Source: Hyphobacterium sp. (GTDB taxonomy: Bacteria; Pseudomonadota; Alphaproteobacteria; Caulobacterales; Maricaulaceae). From it: a DNA stretch of 64,000 nucleotides. Below, in pieces: positions 9,913 through 20,749 of the stretch. How positions within the stretch are numbered: position 1 is the stretch's first letter; every line of letters starts with the position of its first letter. Made by a program: the position numbers and the translations under genes. The notes below the pieces were generated by a model. It searched no databases. It was given only the letters and a program-made list of their open reading frames with translations, and was not told the DNA's origin. The stretch is taken from contig NZ_CP121327.1 in NCBI RefSeq assembly GCF_043584775.1, forward strand, positions 1,394,400-1,458,399, in the 5' to 3' direction.

Positions 9913-11583
9913 TCAGGCGGTGAGTACCATAATATCGACCTGGGGCTTTTTACCCCAAAGATAGTTGAGTTCGCGGCGGACACCCCGGCGCACCATTTCC
10001 TCGACTTCCGCTTCATCACAGCGATCACGCCGCTTCATGCGGTCAAAAGCGGCTTCTGCTGTTTCGCCAATCAGATCCAGCCATTGTTCTTCGGATCGCT
10101 CACGGGTTTCCGGAAGGCCCATAGCACGCACATCGGGACCGGAGATCAAGCCGCCCTGCCCGTCAATCACCATGGCAACGGTAATATGCCCGGCATAAGC
10201 CATGGAACGGCGCTCGCGAATGGCCGGGTTTTCAGCCTCGGTCAGCAGATTCCCGTCGACATACAGGCGGCCGGATTTGACCTCGTCCACCACAGAGGCG
10301 CCGTCCTTTGTAATGCGGATCATGTCACCATTACGGCCCGGCAGGGCGTGCGGCACCTGCAGGGATTTCGCGAATTCGGCATGTTCCACCAGATGCCGCC
10401 GCTCGCCATGGACCGGAATGGCAATACGCGGCTTCACCCAGGCATACATCTGGCGCAGCTCGTCGCGGCACGGATGGCCGGAGACATGAACATGCCGGTC
10501 GCGCTCTGTGATTATGTCGACGCCGCGTTCGGCCAGCTGGTTCTGCAGCTCGAAAATGCCGGCCTCATTGCCCGGAATGACCCGCGAGGAGAAAATCACG
10601 GTATCGCCCGTCGTCAAATTGATGGAGCGGTGATCGCCGCGAGCCACGCGGGACAAGGCGGCGCGGGGCTCGCCCTGGCTGCCGGTACAGAGATAGAGAA
10701 TCTTCTCGGCCGGAAAGTGGGCCGCGTCATCCTCATCCACGAAAGGTTTGGCATTCTTCAACATGCCGACGGCCTTGGCCGCTGCTGCCATGCGATGCAT
10801 GGACCGGCCTGCCAGACAGACCCGGCGGTCATTGGCTTCAGCGGCTACGATCGCCGATTCCATGCGCGCGACATTGGAAGCAAAGGAGGCAATCGCGACG
10901 CGGCCTTTCAGCTCGCCAACCAGTTCGATCAGATTTTTGCGAACACCGGCTTCGGACCCGGATTCCCCTTCGGTGAAGACGTTTGTACTGTCGCAGACCA
11001 TCGCCAGCACGCCCTCTTCGGCAAGAGCGGTCAGCGCATTGATGTCGGTGGCTTCCCCGATCTGGGGTTCGGGATCAATCTTCCAGTCACCCGTATGCAG
11101 GATCAGGCCTTCCGGTGTCCGGATGGCGAGGCCATTGGGTTCCGGAATGGAATGGGTCAGCGTGACAAAGCTGATATCGAAGGGATCCAGATTGATGTGT
11201 CCGCCCATCGGCACGACATTGACGATGGCTTCCTTGTGCAGGCCCTTTTCCTTCAACCGGTCGACCATCAGCCATGCGGTAAACGGCGTGGCGTAGATCG
11301 GGCAGCGGAAGCGTTCCCACAGATGGGCGACGGCACCCATATGGTCTTCGTGTGCATGTGTTAGAATGATGGCCAGCAGATCGTGCGCGCGTTCCTCGAT
11401 GAAATCGGGATCCGGCATGATGATATCGACGCCCGGCGTGGTCAGGTCCCCGAAGGTGACGCCGCAATCGACCATAATCCATTTGCGGTTCTCTTCCGGC
11501 CCATAGCCGTAGAGATTGAGGTTCATGCCAATTTCGCCAGACCCGCCGAGCGGCAGGAAGTAAAGCCCGTTATCGTTTGCCAT
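9913..11583 (-). CDS. rnj: Ribonuclease J (metallo-beta-lactamase / beta-CASP family)
   Basis: 556-aa ORF with the HAHEDHMGAV (HxHxDH) motif. The beta-CASP region and length fit RNase J. Confidence 0.9.
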   Translation of the reverse strand: MANDNGLYFLPLGGSGEIGMNLNLYGYGPEENRKWIMVDCGVTFGDLTTPGVDIIMPDPDFIEERAHDLLAIILTHAHEDHMGAVAHLWERFRCPIYATPFTAWLMVDRLKEKGLHKEAIVNVVPMGGHINLDPFDISFVTLTHSIPEPNGLAIRTPEGLILHTGDWKIDPEPQIGEATDINALTALAEEGVLAMVCDSTNVFTEGESGSEAGVRKNLIELVGELKGRVAIASFASNVARMESAIVAAEANDRRVCLAGRSMHRMAAAAKAVGMLKNAKPFVDEDDAAHFPAEKILYLCTGSQGEPRAALSRVARGDHRSINLTTGDTVIFSSRVIPGNEAGIFELQNQLAERGVDIITERDRHVHVSGHPCRDELRQMYAWVKPRIAIPVHGERRHLVEHAEFAKSLQVPHALPGRNGDMIRITKDGASVVDEVKSGRLYVDGNLLTEAENPAIRERRSMAYAGHITVAMVIDGQGGLISGPDVRAMGLPETRERSEEQWLDLIGETAEAAFDRMKRRDRCDEAEVEEMVRRGVRRELNYLWGKKPQVDIMVLTA

Positions 11584-12362
11584 TATCGGGCCCCACCGCC
11601 ATTCAGACGCCAGACCTCGAGCAGGCCGCGAATGGTCATATCGGAATCAAAATGATCAATTGACCGGGCCGCGCCTTCAAAGAGCGAGGCAACCCCGCCG
11701 GTCGCGATGACCGTCAATTCCTCAGGATATTCCTCGCGCGTGCGGCGCACGAGGCCGTCAATCAGCTCCACATAGCCCCAGAAGACACCCGATTGCATGG
11801 CGGATACCGTATCCTTACCAATGATGTGTTCCGGTTGACGGATTTCGATGCGTGGCAGGCGCGCTGCGGCCTCGTGAAGGGCTTTCATCGACAGGTTCAC
11901 GCCCGGCGCAATAATGCCGCCCTCGAACGCACCGTCGCTGGACACAACATCAAATGTGGTCGCCGTGCCGGAATCGATGAGCAGCAGCGCACCCTCATAT
12001 TTTGACCGGGCACCGAGCGCGTTCACGAGGCGGTCCGCGCCGGCTTCCTGCGGCTTGGGCAAGCGCACCTGAACGCCGAGTTCGACATTGGGCTCGCCGA
12101 TGATCAGGGGCTCCGCCCCGAGATAACGGCGCGAGAGATTACGCAGATTGAACAGGGCTTGCGGCACGACGGTTGAAATGACACAGGCACCGATATCGGC
12201 AAAGGTCAGGCCATTCATTTCCATGATCTGGCTGAGCCAGACAGCGTACTCATCCGCCGTGCGCGTGGAATGGGTCGCGGTGCGCCATTGCGCCCGCCAA
12301 TCGTCGCCGTCATGCACGGCGAACAGCGTGTTGGTGTTGCCGCAATCGATTGCAAGAAACAT
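11583..12362 (-). CDS. coaX: Type III pantothenate kinase
   Basis: 259-aa ORF with [20 protein letters not shown] (the DxGNT phosphate-1 motif), [13 protein letters not shown] and VIATGGVA. Confidence 0.9.
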   Translation of the reverse strand: MFLAIDCGNTNTLFAVHDGDDWRAQWRTATHSTRTADEYAVWLSQIMEMNGLTFADIGACVISTVVPQALFNLRNLSRRYLGAEPLIIGEPNVELGVQVRLPKPQEAGADRLVNALGARSKYEGALLLIDSGTATTFDVVSSDGAFEGGIIAPGVNLSMKALHEAAARLPRIEIRQPEHIIGKDTVSAMQSGVFWGYVELIDGLVRRTREEYPEELTVIATGGVASLFEGAARSIDHFDSDMTIRGLLEVWRLNGGGAR

Positions 12363-12372
12363 GAGGAGTGGT

Positions 12373-13116
12373 CTAGCCCAAAGCCCCAGGGAAAAATACG
12401 TCTCCCGCTGAAATAAGGCGCGACTGGCCGCCGGCGAGCTCGAGCTTCAGCGATCCATCCGCCGCAAGGTCCGTGAACACGCCTTCCAGCGTCTCGTTTT
12501 CCAGACGCACAAGACAACGCTGCCCGACACCATGCGCGCGCGCCAGCCATGCCTCCCGTATCGGCGTGAAGCCTTCCCTCGCCCAAACGGACCGCCAGTG
12601 TTCAAACCGCTCGACCAGAAATTCAAGCGCGGTGGCCGGATTGATAGATGCTCCCAGGCTGGCAAGGCTCACCGCAGGGCGCTCGGGAATGTCCGGCGCC
12701 GCCATGATATTGATGCCGATCCCGACAACCAGCTGCACGACCTGACCGGGCGCATCGGCGGATTCCAAAAGAATGCCGCAGACCTTTTGACCGTCGATCA
12801 GGACATCATTCGGCCATTTCACCTTTGGGGTATGATCTGCAAGCGCCGACTGACAGACTTCGGCCGCAGCCAATGCGGCGGCGAAGGACAATTGCGCCGC
12901 CTCCCCCGGCATGCACTTGAGCGAATACAGTCCCGAGCAATAGAGATTCCGGCTGAGGTCCGCCCATGCACGGCCGCGGCGCCCACGACCGGCGGTTTGC
13001 CGACGCGCGGCGATCCAGAGGGGCCCGATCTCACCAGCCCTGAACCGGCGGCGGGATTCCTCGTTTGTGGAGTCAATTTCGTCCAGCCATTCGATCCGGA
13101 CGCCCGATGCTGTCAT
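12373..13116 (-). CDS. birA: Biotin--[acetyl-CoA-carboxylase] ligase (no N-terminal HTH)
   Basis: 247-aa ORF with [12 protein letters not shown] (GRGRxGR motif) and [19 protein letters not shown]. Confidence 0.85.
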   Translation of the reverse strand: MTASGVRIEWLDEIDSTNEESRRRFRAGEIGPLWIAARRQTAGRGRRGRAWADLSRNLYCSGLYSLKCMPGEAAQLSFAAALAAAEVCQSALADHTPKVKWPNDVLIDGQKVCGILLESADAPGQVVQLVVGIGINIMAAPDIPERPAVSLASLGASINPATALEFLVERFEHWRSVWAREGFTPIREAWLARAHGVGQRCLVRLENETLEGVFTDLAADGSLKLELAGGQSRLISAGDVFFPGALG

Positions 13117-14568
13117 CTAGAGCAGTCCGAAACCGGCACCCTGCGCGAGTTGGTATAGCAGAGGCACAATGACGATCAGCACCAGGGTTGCGATACCGGC
13201 GATATTGGTGATCCAGGCGGTTGTCGCGGGCGACCCGACGAATTTCACGATCGGATCGGAGAACCACATCACCCGCACAATGCGCAGATAGTAATAGGCC
13301 GCTACGACCGAAAAGAGCACCAGAGCAATCGGCAGAAGAACCAGACCGGCCTGCAGCGCGGCATAGAGAATGAACAGCTTTCCGAAGAAGCCGACGAGGA
13401 ATGGCAAACCGCCGATGGAGAACATGGCGCCGGTCATGGTCCAGGCGAGCCCCGGATGGGATTGGGCCAGGCCTGCGAGGTCCTCGACCTGCTCGACCAT
13501 GCCTTCACTCGTGCGCATGGACAGGATCACGCCGAACGCCGCGATCAGGCCGATCACATAGAGGATCATGAAAGCGAGAAGCGCCCACAAACCAATCTGT
13601 GTGCCGGCGGCAATGGCGACAAGCGCATAGCCCATATTGCCGATGGAGGAGTAGCCCATCAGGCGTTTGATATTGTTCTGGGTGAGCGCGCCGAATGCCC
13701 CCACGGCCATGGACAGGATCGCAATCGCGGTAATGACCTGCTGCCATTGTTCCGTCATCGCGCCAAACGGTTCCATCAGGATGCGGGCCAGCAGGATGAT
13801 GGCAGCAAATTTGGGGGCCGTCGCAAAGAAGGCCGTCACCGGCGTGGGCGAGCCCTCGTAAACGTCGGGCGTCCACATGTGGAAGGGCGCGGCTGAAACC
13901 TTGAAGGCCAGACCGCAAATGATGAACACCAGTCCGAAGAGGAGGCCGATGGAGACCTCGCCAGAGGCGGCAGCGACCGCAATTTCGTTGAAGCCGGTCG
14001 CGCCGGTAAACCCGTAAACCAGCGAGGCGCCATAAAGGAGCAATCCGGAAGAAAGCGCGCCCAGCACGAAATATTTGAGACCCGCTTCCGAGGCCCGGAG
14101 GCTGTCGCGGTTGAAGGCGGCCAGCACATAGAGCGCCAGCGACTGCAGCTCGACCCCCATATACATGGAGATCAGATCGTTCGCCGACACCATCATCGAC
14201 ATGCCCAGTGCGGCCAGCGCGATCAGGACGAAATATTCAAACTTGGCAAGCCGCTCGGCCTTCAGATACGGCACCGCAAACAGCAATGCGACCGCAGCCG
14301 ATCCGAAGATCGCGACCTTTGAGAACAGGGCCAGAGGATCGAACACAAAGGCGCCTGCAAAGGCCTGTCCGCCTTCAGACGGCACAAAGAAGGCAGCAAC
14401 CAGTCCGGCAACGACCAGCAGGCCGGCCGTCAACGGCGCGACAAAACCGGCCGCCTTGTCGTGATCCTTGACGAAAACGCCAAGCATCAGAAGCGCCATC
14501 GCCCCGATGGCCAGAACCAGCTCCGGAGCGAAGAGTGAGTATTCAGCGGTGAGCGTTGAAAGGTTCAT
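13117..14568 (-). CDS. nuoN: NADH-quinone oxidoreductase subunit N
   Basis: Polytopic antiporter-like subunit. The start is taken at MNLSTLTAEYSLFAPELVLA (ATG 14568, 12 nt after the nuoM stop). It is the last gene of the nuo operon. Confidence 0.93.
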   Translation of the reverse strand: MNLSTLTAEYSLFAPELVLAIGAMALLMLGVFVKDHDKAAGFVAPLTAGLLVVAGLVAAFFVPSEGGQAFAGAFVFDPLALFSKVAIFGSAAVALLFAVPYLKAERLAKFEYFVLIALAALGMSMMVSANDLISMYMGVELQSLALYVLAAFNRDSLRASEAGLKYFVLGALSSGLLLYGASLVYGFTGATGFNEIAVAAASGEVSIGLLFGLVFIICGLAFKVSAAPFHMWTPDVYEGSPTPVTAFFATAPKFAAIILLARILMEPFGAMTEQWQQVITAIAILSMAVGAFGALTQNNIKRLMGYSSIGNMGYALVAIAAGTQIGLWALLAFMILYVIGLIAAFGVILSMRTSEGMVEQVEDLAGLAQSHPGLAWTMTGAMFSIGGLPFLVGFFGKLFILYAALQAGLVLLPIALVLFSVVAAYYYLRIVRVMWFSDPIVKFVGSPATTAWITNIAGIATLVLIVIVPLLYQLAQGAGFGLL

Positions 14569-14579
14569 CGCTTCGGTCC

Positions 14580-16073
14580 CTACTGTGCGCCGGCGGCAAG
14601 GGCCGCCTGATAATTGGAAATCAGCTGCTCTACCGAGGCCGCGGTAACATCCGTGATCAGGGTCGAGAAGAAGCCGAGGACGATAGTCGCGATGATGAGC
14701 GGCATGAAGATCGCCCATTCGCGGACATTCATGTCATTGATCTCGGCCAGCTTCGGATTGGTCAGGTCACCGAGCACCAGATTGCGATAGGCCGTCAGCA
14801 TGTAGACCGCTGACAGGATCACGCCGACCGCGGCGCCTGCGGCTGCCCAGGTCGAAACCTGGAATGTACCGATCATGGCCATGATTTCGCCAACGAATCC
14901 GGATGTGCCCGGCAGGCCGACATTGGCCATGGTGAACAGCGCCAGCACGGCCGCATAGACCGGCATACGATGTACGAGGCCGCCATAGAAGGCGATTTCG
15001 CGCGTATGCATCCGGTCATAGATCACGCCGACCGCAAGGAAGAGCGCGCCGGAGATGACCCCGTGCGATAGCATCTGGAAGATTGCCCCCTGCACGCCCA
15101 GTTCGGTCATGGCGAACAGGCCCATCGTCACCAGCCCCATGTGAGCGACAGAGGAATAGGCGATCAGCTTCTTGATATCGGTCTGCCGGAAGGCCACCAG
15201 CGACGTGTAGATGATCGCAATAACCGACAGAACGAAAACAAGCGGTGTGAAATAGGCCGTCGCATCCGGGAACATCGGGATGGAGAAACGCAGGAATCCA
15301 TATCCGCCCATTTTCAAAAGGACACCGGCCAGAATGACCGATCCCGCCGTCGGCGCTTCCACGTGAGCGTCCGGCAGCCAGGTGTGAACAGGCCACATGG
15401 GCATTTTCACAGCGAAACTGGCGAAGAAGGCCAGCCACAACCAGGTCTGCACTTCCGCGGCGAACGGCGTGGTCAGCAAGACCTCGATATTCGTCGTTCC
15501 GGCCTGCAGATACATATAGACCATGGCGATCAGCATCAGCACTGAGCCAAGCAAAGTGTAGAGGAAGAATTTGAACGACGCATAGACCCTGCGAGCGCCA
15601 CCCCATACGCCGATGATCAGGAACATCGGGATAAGGCCGGCTTCGAAGAAGATGTAGAACAGCACCAGATCCAGCGCGCAGAACACGCCGATCATGAGCG
15701 TTTCCAGGATGAGGAAAGCGATCATGTAGTCGGCGACGCGCTTCTCGATCTTCCAGCTTGCCAGAATGGCGATCGGCATCAGGAAGGCGGTCAGCAGGAC
15801 AAACAGGACGGACAGGCCGTCCACGCCCATGCGATAGCCCATGCCGAGTTCGGTGAACCATGGCACGTATTCGACCAACTGGAAGCCGGCGACCTCCGGA
15901 TCGAACTGGAACATCATCACAATCGACAAGGCGAAGGTGACGAGCGTCGTCAGCAAGGCCACGCCGCGCGCATTCTTCTCGATGAAGGCGGAGTCCTCGG
16001 CACGCGAGAACATCTTGAACAGCGTGATAACGAGGGCGCCAGCCAGGGGCGCAAAGGTTACGGCAGAGAGCAT
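14580..16073 (-). CDS. nuoM: NADH-quinone oxidoreductase subunit M
   Basis: 497-aa antiporter-like subunit with the motif [28 protein letters not shown]. Confidence 0.95.
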   Translation of the reverse strand: MLSAVTFAPLAGALVITLFKMFSRAEDSAFIEKNARGVALLTTLVTFALSIVMMFQFDPEVAGFQLVEYVPWFTELGMGYRMGVDGLSVLFVLLTAFLMPIAILASWKIEKRVADYMIAFLILETLMIGVFCALDLVLFYIFFEAGLIPMFLIIGVWGGARRVYASFKFFLYTLLGSVLMLIAMVYMYLQAGTTNIEVLLTTPFAAEVQTWLWLAFFASFAVKMPMWPVHTWLPDAHVEAPTAGSVILAGVLLKMGGYGFLRFSIPMFPDATAYFTPLVFVLSVIAIIYTSLVAFRQTDIKKLIAYSSVAHMGLVTMGLFAMTELGVQGAIFQMLSHGVISGALFLAVGVIYDRMHTREIAFYGGLVHRMPVYAAVLALFTMANVGLPGTSGFVGEIMAMIGTFQVSTWAAAGAAVGVILSAVYMLTAYRNLVLGDLTNPKLAEINDMNVREWAIFMPLIIATIVLGFFSTLITDVTAASVEQLISNYQAALAAGAQ

Positions 16074-18242
16074 CTATTCGCCTCCCGCGCCGGTCATGGC
16101 CCAGATGGTGAGTGCCACCACCCCGATCAGCATGACAAATGCGTAGTGATAAAGGAATCCGGACTGGGCTTTCGACAGGCGCCGGGCGGCGGCCATGGCC
16201 GAAGCGGCAAAGCCATTGGGACCAAAACCGTCAATGATGCGGCGATCGCCCACTTTCCAGAACAAATCGCCAAGCGCGGCGGCCCCGCGAACAAAGACGA
16301 AATTGTAAAGCTCGTCGAAATACCACTTGTTCAGGAGGAAGCTGTGCAGCGGACCTTTCCGCGCGGCCAGCTGCGCTCCGAAACCGGCATGGCGCACATA
16401 GAGGAACCCGGCCAGCACAAAGCCGAAAGCCGTCACAAAGAGCGGCGTCCAGAGCACCCAGGTCGGCGGATGGTGGCCGCCATGGTGCTCGCCCTCTTCA
16501 CCGTGATCGCCTTCTCCGGCGTGAGCCGCGTCGTTACCGTGGGCTGCGTCGGCGCCATGATCGGCTGCCGATTGCGACGGCGCATGGGCATCGCCCTCAC
16601 CCACTGCCGCATCCAGCGAATCTGCTTCCAGTTCGGAATGGCCGGCCATGACTTCGTCGGCGAGCGAGGCGCGGTATTCATCACCGTAATTGCCTTCGGC
16701 ATATGGGCCGGCCGGCAGGGAATCTTCCCAGAAAGTGAACGCATTCTGGCCCACAAACTGGTTCTTGAAGGCAACGCCGGCAAACAGTGCGCCAACGGCG
16801 AGCAGGACCAGCGGGATCATCATCACAGGCGGGCTTTCATGCGCGTGATCAATGACTTCTTTCTCACCACGGAACTTGCCGTGGAAGGTCATGAAGATCA
16901 GACGCCAGGAATAGAAGCTGGTCAGGCCTGCCGCGATGACGCCGATCCAGAAGGCGAACATGCCGAAGGCGACGCCGTCCTGGCCCATCATGAAGGCTTC
17001 TTCGATGATCATGTCCTTGGAGTAGAACCCGGCGAAGCCGATCGGCGTGCCCGGAATACCGACACCGGTCAGCGCCAGCGTGCCGATGATCATCAGGAGA
17101 TAGGTTGCGGGCAGCACCTTGAACGTGCCGCCCATTTTCCGCATGTCCTGCTCGTGATGCAGGCCATGAATGACCGATCCGGCGCCGAGGAAAAGCAGGG
17201 CCTTGAAGAAGGCGTGCGTGAACAGATGGAACATCGCCGCGGAGTAGAGCCCGAGGCCTGCCGCAAAGAACATGTAGCCGAGCTGTGAACAGGTCGAATA
17301 GGCGATGATGCGCTTGATGTCGTTCTGCACGAGGCCGACGGTGGCCGCATAGAGCGCCGTTGTCGCGCCGATCACCGTCATGAAGGCCGAGGCCATGGGC
17401 GCGGCTTCAAACAGCGGGTAACAGCGGCAGACAAGAAAGACGCCAGCCGTCACCATGGTGGCAGCGTGGATGAGTGCGGAGACCGGCGTCGGGCCCTCCA
17501 TCGCGTCCGGCAGCCAGACATGCAGGAAGAATTGCGCGGATTTGCCCATCGCACCGATGAAGAGCAGGAAGGCGACCAGTTCGATCGCATTGTATTCCAT
17601 GCCCAGGAAGCTCCATGTCAGCGCAGACATGCCCTCCACATCGCTGAAGACGCTGTCGAAGCTGATGGATCCGAAGATCGCAAACACCGCCATGATGCCG
17701 AGCGCGAGGCCGAAATCGCCCACGCGGTTGGTCACGAACGCCTTGATGGCGGCATTGTTGGCGGATTTCTTCTTGTACCAGAAGCCGATCAGCAAATAGG
17801 AGGCCAGCCCCACGCCTTCCCAGCCGAAGAAGAGCTGGAGGAAATCGTCGGCCGTCACCAGCATCAGCATGGCGAAGGTGAAGAGGGAGAGATAGCTGAA
17901 GAAACGTGCCCGATGCGGGTCGTCGCTCATATAGCCCCAGGAATAGACGTGGACGAGCGAAGAAACGCTCGTCACCACGACCAGCATGACCGCCGAGAGC
18001 GTATCGAGGCGCAGCGACCAGGTCGCCTGGAAGTCGCCAATGCTCATCCAGGTAGCGAGCGGGATGGTGCGGACGTTTTCGGCGAAGATGACGTCGTAGA
18101 AGACCCAGGCCGACAGGACGGCGGAAAGGATCAGCAGGCCGGTGGTGATTACCTGAGCGGCGCGATCGCCGATGAAGCGCTGGAAGAGTCCGGAGACCAG
18201 AGCGCCGACCAGCGGGCCGAAGACGATGAGGATCGGTGCCAT
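16074..18242 (-). CDS. nuoL: NADH-quinone oxidoreductase subunit L, with a His/Asp/Gly/Ala-rich insertion
   Basis: 722-aa ORF with WLPDAMEGPTPVSALIHAATMVTAGV. It contains an unusual low-complexity block of about 80 aa (...DAHAPSQSAADHGADAAHGNDAAHAGEGDHGEEGEHHGGHHPP) encoded at roughly 16460-16720. Confidence 0.95.
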   Translation of the reverse strand: MAPILIVFGPLVGALVSGLFQRFIGDRAAQVITTGLLILSAVLSAWVFYDVIFAENVRTIPLATWMSIGDFQATWSLRLDTLSAVMLVVVTSVSSLVHVYSWGYMSDDPHRARFFSYLSLFTFAMLMLVTADDFLQLFFGWEGVGLASYLLIGFWYKKKSANNAAIKAFVTNRVGDFGLALGIMAVFAIFGSISFDSVFSDVEGMSALTWSFLGMEYNAIELVAFLLFIGAMGKSAQFFLHVWLPDAMEGPTPVSALIHAATMVTAGVFLVCRCYPLFEAAPMASAFMTVIGATTALYAATVGLVQNDIKRIIAYSTCSQLGYMFFAAGLGLYSAAMFHLFTHAFFKALLFLGAGSVIHGLHHEQDMRKMGGTFKVLPATYLLMIIGTLALTGVGIPGTPIGFAGFYSKDMIIEEAFMMGQDGVAFGMFAFWIGVIAAGLTSFYSWRLIFMTFHGKFRGEKEVIDHAHESPPVMMIPLVLLAVGALFAGVAFKNQFVGQNAFTFWEDSLPAGPYAEGNYGDEYRASLADEVMAGHSELEADSLDAAVGEGDAHAPSQSAADHGADAAHGNDAAHAGEGDHGEEGEHHGGHHPPTWVLWTPLFVTAFGFVLAGFLYVRHAGFGAQLAARKGPLHSFLLNKWYFDELYNFVFVRGAAALGDLFWKVGDRRIIDGFGPNGFAASAMAAARRLSKAQSGFLYHYAFVMLIGVVALTIWAMTGAGGE

Positions 18243-18246
18243 GCCT

Positions 18247-18558
18247 CTAGCCCTTCATCAGGTTCACGTCTTCGACCGAAATGTTTCCACGATTCCGGAA
18301 GTAGACGACAAGGATTGCAAGACCCACCGCGGCTTCAGCCGCCGCGACGGTGAGAACGAACATGGCGAAGACCTGTCCGGCGAGATCGCCGAGGAAGGAG
18401 GAAAACGCCACGAGATTGATGTTGACCGCGAGCAGCAAGAGCTCGACCGACATCAGAAGGATGATGACATTCTTGCGATTCACGAAAATGCCGAACACCC
18501 CGATGGTGAACAGGATCGCGGCAACCGCGAGATAGTGTGACAGTCCGATCTCGGTCAT
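18247..18558 (-). CDS. nuoK: NADH-quinone oxidoreductase subunit K
   Basis: 103-aa 3-TM protein: [53 protein letters not shown]. Confidence 0.95.
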   Translation of the reverse strand: MTEIGLSHYLAVAAILFTIGVFGIFVNRKNVIILLMSVELLLLAVNINLVAFSSFLGDLAGQVFAMFVLTVAAAEAAVGLAILVVYFRNRGNISVEDVNLMKG

Positions 18559-19166
18559 TCGCCCAATCCCTCTCCGGATTTCACATCCTGCATGGTGACC
18601 GCCGTCTTGCGATCGCGGCCCACCTGTTCGGCAATATTCTGACGTTTCACATGCGGCTTGTGGCGCAGGGTCAGGACGATCGCGCCAATCATGGCGACCA
18701 GCAGGACCAGACCTGCGGCCTGGAAGAAATAGGCATAATCGTCATAGAGCAGCATGCCGAGCGCCTCGACATTGGAGACGCCTTCCGGCGTCGTGCTGGC
18801 ACCTGCGGGGGCCACGACATTCGCCTGCGTCCAGGACTGACCGACAATGATCAATTCCGCGACCAGCACGATCGCGACCAGCGCGCCGAACGGCAGATAG
18901 CTGAGGAAGCCCTGCTTAAGCTCGGTGAAATCAACATCGAGCATCATCACGACGAAGAGGAAGAGCACCGCGACCGCGCCGACATAGACCACGATCAGAA
19001 GCATGGCGAGGAATTCCGCGCCCAGGAGGACGAACAGGCCCGCCGCCGAGAAGAAGGCGAGGATCAGCCACAGAACGGACCTCACCGGGTTTCGCGCGGC
19101 CACGACGAAGAAAGCGGACAGGACTGTCACGCTCGCCAATATCCAGAATGCTATTACCTGCAGCAT
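18555..19166 (-). CDS. nuoJ: NADH-quinone oxidoreductase subunit J
   Basis: The start is taken at [34 protein letters not shown] (ATG 19166, 28 nt after the nuoI stop). It overlaps the nuoK start by 4 nt. Confidence 0.92.
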   Translation of the reverse strand: MLQVIAFWILASVTVLSAFFVVAARNPVRSVLWLILAFFSAAGLFVLLGAEFLAMLLIVVYVGAVAVLFLFVVMMLDVDFTELKQGFLSYLPFGALVAIVLVAELIIVGQSWTQANVVAPAGASTTPEGVSNVEALGMLLYDDYAYFFQAAGLVLLVAMIGAIVLTLRHKPHVKRQNIAEQVGRDRKTAVTMQDVKSGEGLGE

Positions 19167-19194
19167 CAGCCGCCCCGTTCCGTTTGCGCCCGCC

Positions 19195-19683
19195 CTAGCG
19201 GTAAGGCGCGTCCAATTCCAGATTGCGCGCGATCTCGCGTTCCCACCGATCGCCATTCGCAAGCAGTTTTTCCTTGTCGTAGTAGAGCTCTTCGCGGGTT
19301 TCCGCGGCGAACTCGAAATTCGGCCCTTCGACGATGGCGTCTACCGGACAGGCTTCCTCGCAGAAGCCGCAATAGATGCACTTCACCATGTCGATGTCAT
19401 AGCGCGTGGTGCGGCGTGAGCCGTCCTCGCGCGGTTCGGCTTCAATGGTGATCGCCTGCGCCGGGCAAACCGCTTCACACAGCTTGCAGGCGATGCAGCG
19501 CTCTTCGCCATTGGCGTAGCGGCGCAAAGCGTGCTGACCGCGGAAGCGCGGGCTGATCGGCCCTTTCTCGAAGGGATAATTGATGGTCGCTTTCGGCTGC
19601 GCCATGTAGCGGAGGCCCATGACGAACGCGCCCCAGAAATCCATCAGCAAGGCGCCGCGAATGGTTTGGGCGATACGGCTCAT
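19195..19683 (-). CDS. nuoI: NADH-quinone oxidoreductase subunit I (2x[4Fe-4S] ferredoxin)
   Basis: 162-aa ORF with [12 protein letters not shown] and [12 protein letters not shown] cluster motifs. Confidence 0.96.
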   Translation of the reverse strand: MSRIAQTIRGALLMDFWGAFVMGLRYMAQPKATINYPFEKGPISPRFRGQHALRRYANGEERCIACKLCEAVCPAQAITIEAEPREDGSRRTTRYDIDMVKCIYCGFCEEACPVDAIVEGPNFEFAAETREELYYDKEKLLANGDRWEREIARNLELDAPYR

Positions 19684-20744
19684 GAGGCAGCTCCCGAATA
19701 GGCAACGTAAGCGCCAACCAGTACGACAGCACCGAGTGAGGTCGGCAGGAAGATTTTCCAGCCCAGACGCATCAGCTGGTCATAGCGATAGCGTGGCACC
19801 AGCGCCTTCACCATGGCGAACATGAAGAAGAAGAAGACCACTTTCGCGGCGAACCAGAAGAAAGGCGGCAGGAAGGACAGGAATTCGAACGGTGCATGCC
19901 ATCCGCCGAAGAAGAGAATGGTCGTCATGGCGCACATCAGAACGATGTTGAGATATTCGCCGATCATGAACAGCAGATACGGGGTGGAGGAGTATTCCAC
20001 CTGATAACCGGCCACCAGTTCGGATTCCGCTTCGGGAAGGTCAAACGGCGGACGGTTGGTTTCCGCCAGCGCCGAGATGAAGAAAATGCCCGTCATCGGG
20101 ATCATCACCAGGAACATCGGCACTGGCAGGGTGTGCAGCGCCAGAAGATTCCAGTTCCAGAAGCCGCCGGCCTGTTGGTCGACAATGACCGACAGGTTCA
20201 TGGATCCCGCAAACAGCAGGACGGTGACAATGATGAAGCCGATGGAGACTTCATAGGACACCATTTGCGCCGCAGACCGCAGCGCGCCGAGGAAGGGATA
20301 TTTCGAGTTGGAGGCCCAGCCGCCAATGATGATGCCGTAAACGCCGAGCGATGAAATCGCGAACAGATACATGATGCCGACATTGAGATCGGCAATCACC
20401 CAGCCCGGTGCGACCGGCACAACGGCCCAGCCGATGAAGGCGAGGATGAAGGTAATCAGGGGTGCGATCAGGAAGAGCGTACGGTCCGCGCCCGCGGGCA
20501 CGACGATTTCCTTGAACACGAATTTCAGGAAGTCGGCAAAGGACTGCAGCAAACCAAAAGCGCCGACCACGTTGGGGCCCTTGCGCATCTGGACGGAGGC
20601 CCAGACCTTGCGGTCCAGAAGCAGCAGGAAGGCAAGCGAGATCAGAAGTACGATCATGAAGGCCAGAATCTGACCGACCGCAACAAGCGTCCACTCGACG
20701 GAGACCGGCAAGTTCCAGAAAGAGATCGGGTCCATCGTCTCCAT
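19680..20744 (-). CDS. nuoH: NADH-quinone oxidoreductase subunit H
   Basis: The start is taken at [12 protein letters not shown] (ATG 20744). Motifs [26 protein letters not shown] and [21 protein letters not shown] are present. Confidence 0.94.
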   Translation of the reverse strand: METMDPISFWNLPVSVEWTLVAVGQILAFMIVLLISLAFLLLLDRKVWASVQMRKGPNVVGAFGLLQSFADFLKFVFKEIVVPAGADRTLFLIAPLITFILAFIGWAVVPVAPGWVIADLNVGIMYLFAISSLGVYGIIIGGWASNSKYPFLGALRSAAQMVSYEVSIGFIIVTVLLFAGSMNLSVIVDQQAGGFWNWNLLALHTLPVPMFLVMIPMTGIFFISALAETNRPPFDLPEAESELVAGYQVEYSSTPYLLFMIGEYLNIVLMCAMTTILFFGGWHAPFEFLSFLPPFFWFAAKVVFFFFMFAMVKALVPRYRYDQLMRLGWKIFLPTSLGAVVLVGAYVAYSGAAS

Positions 20745-20749
20745 CTCCC

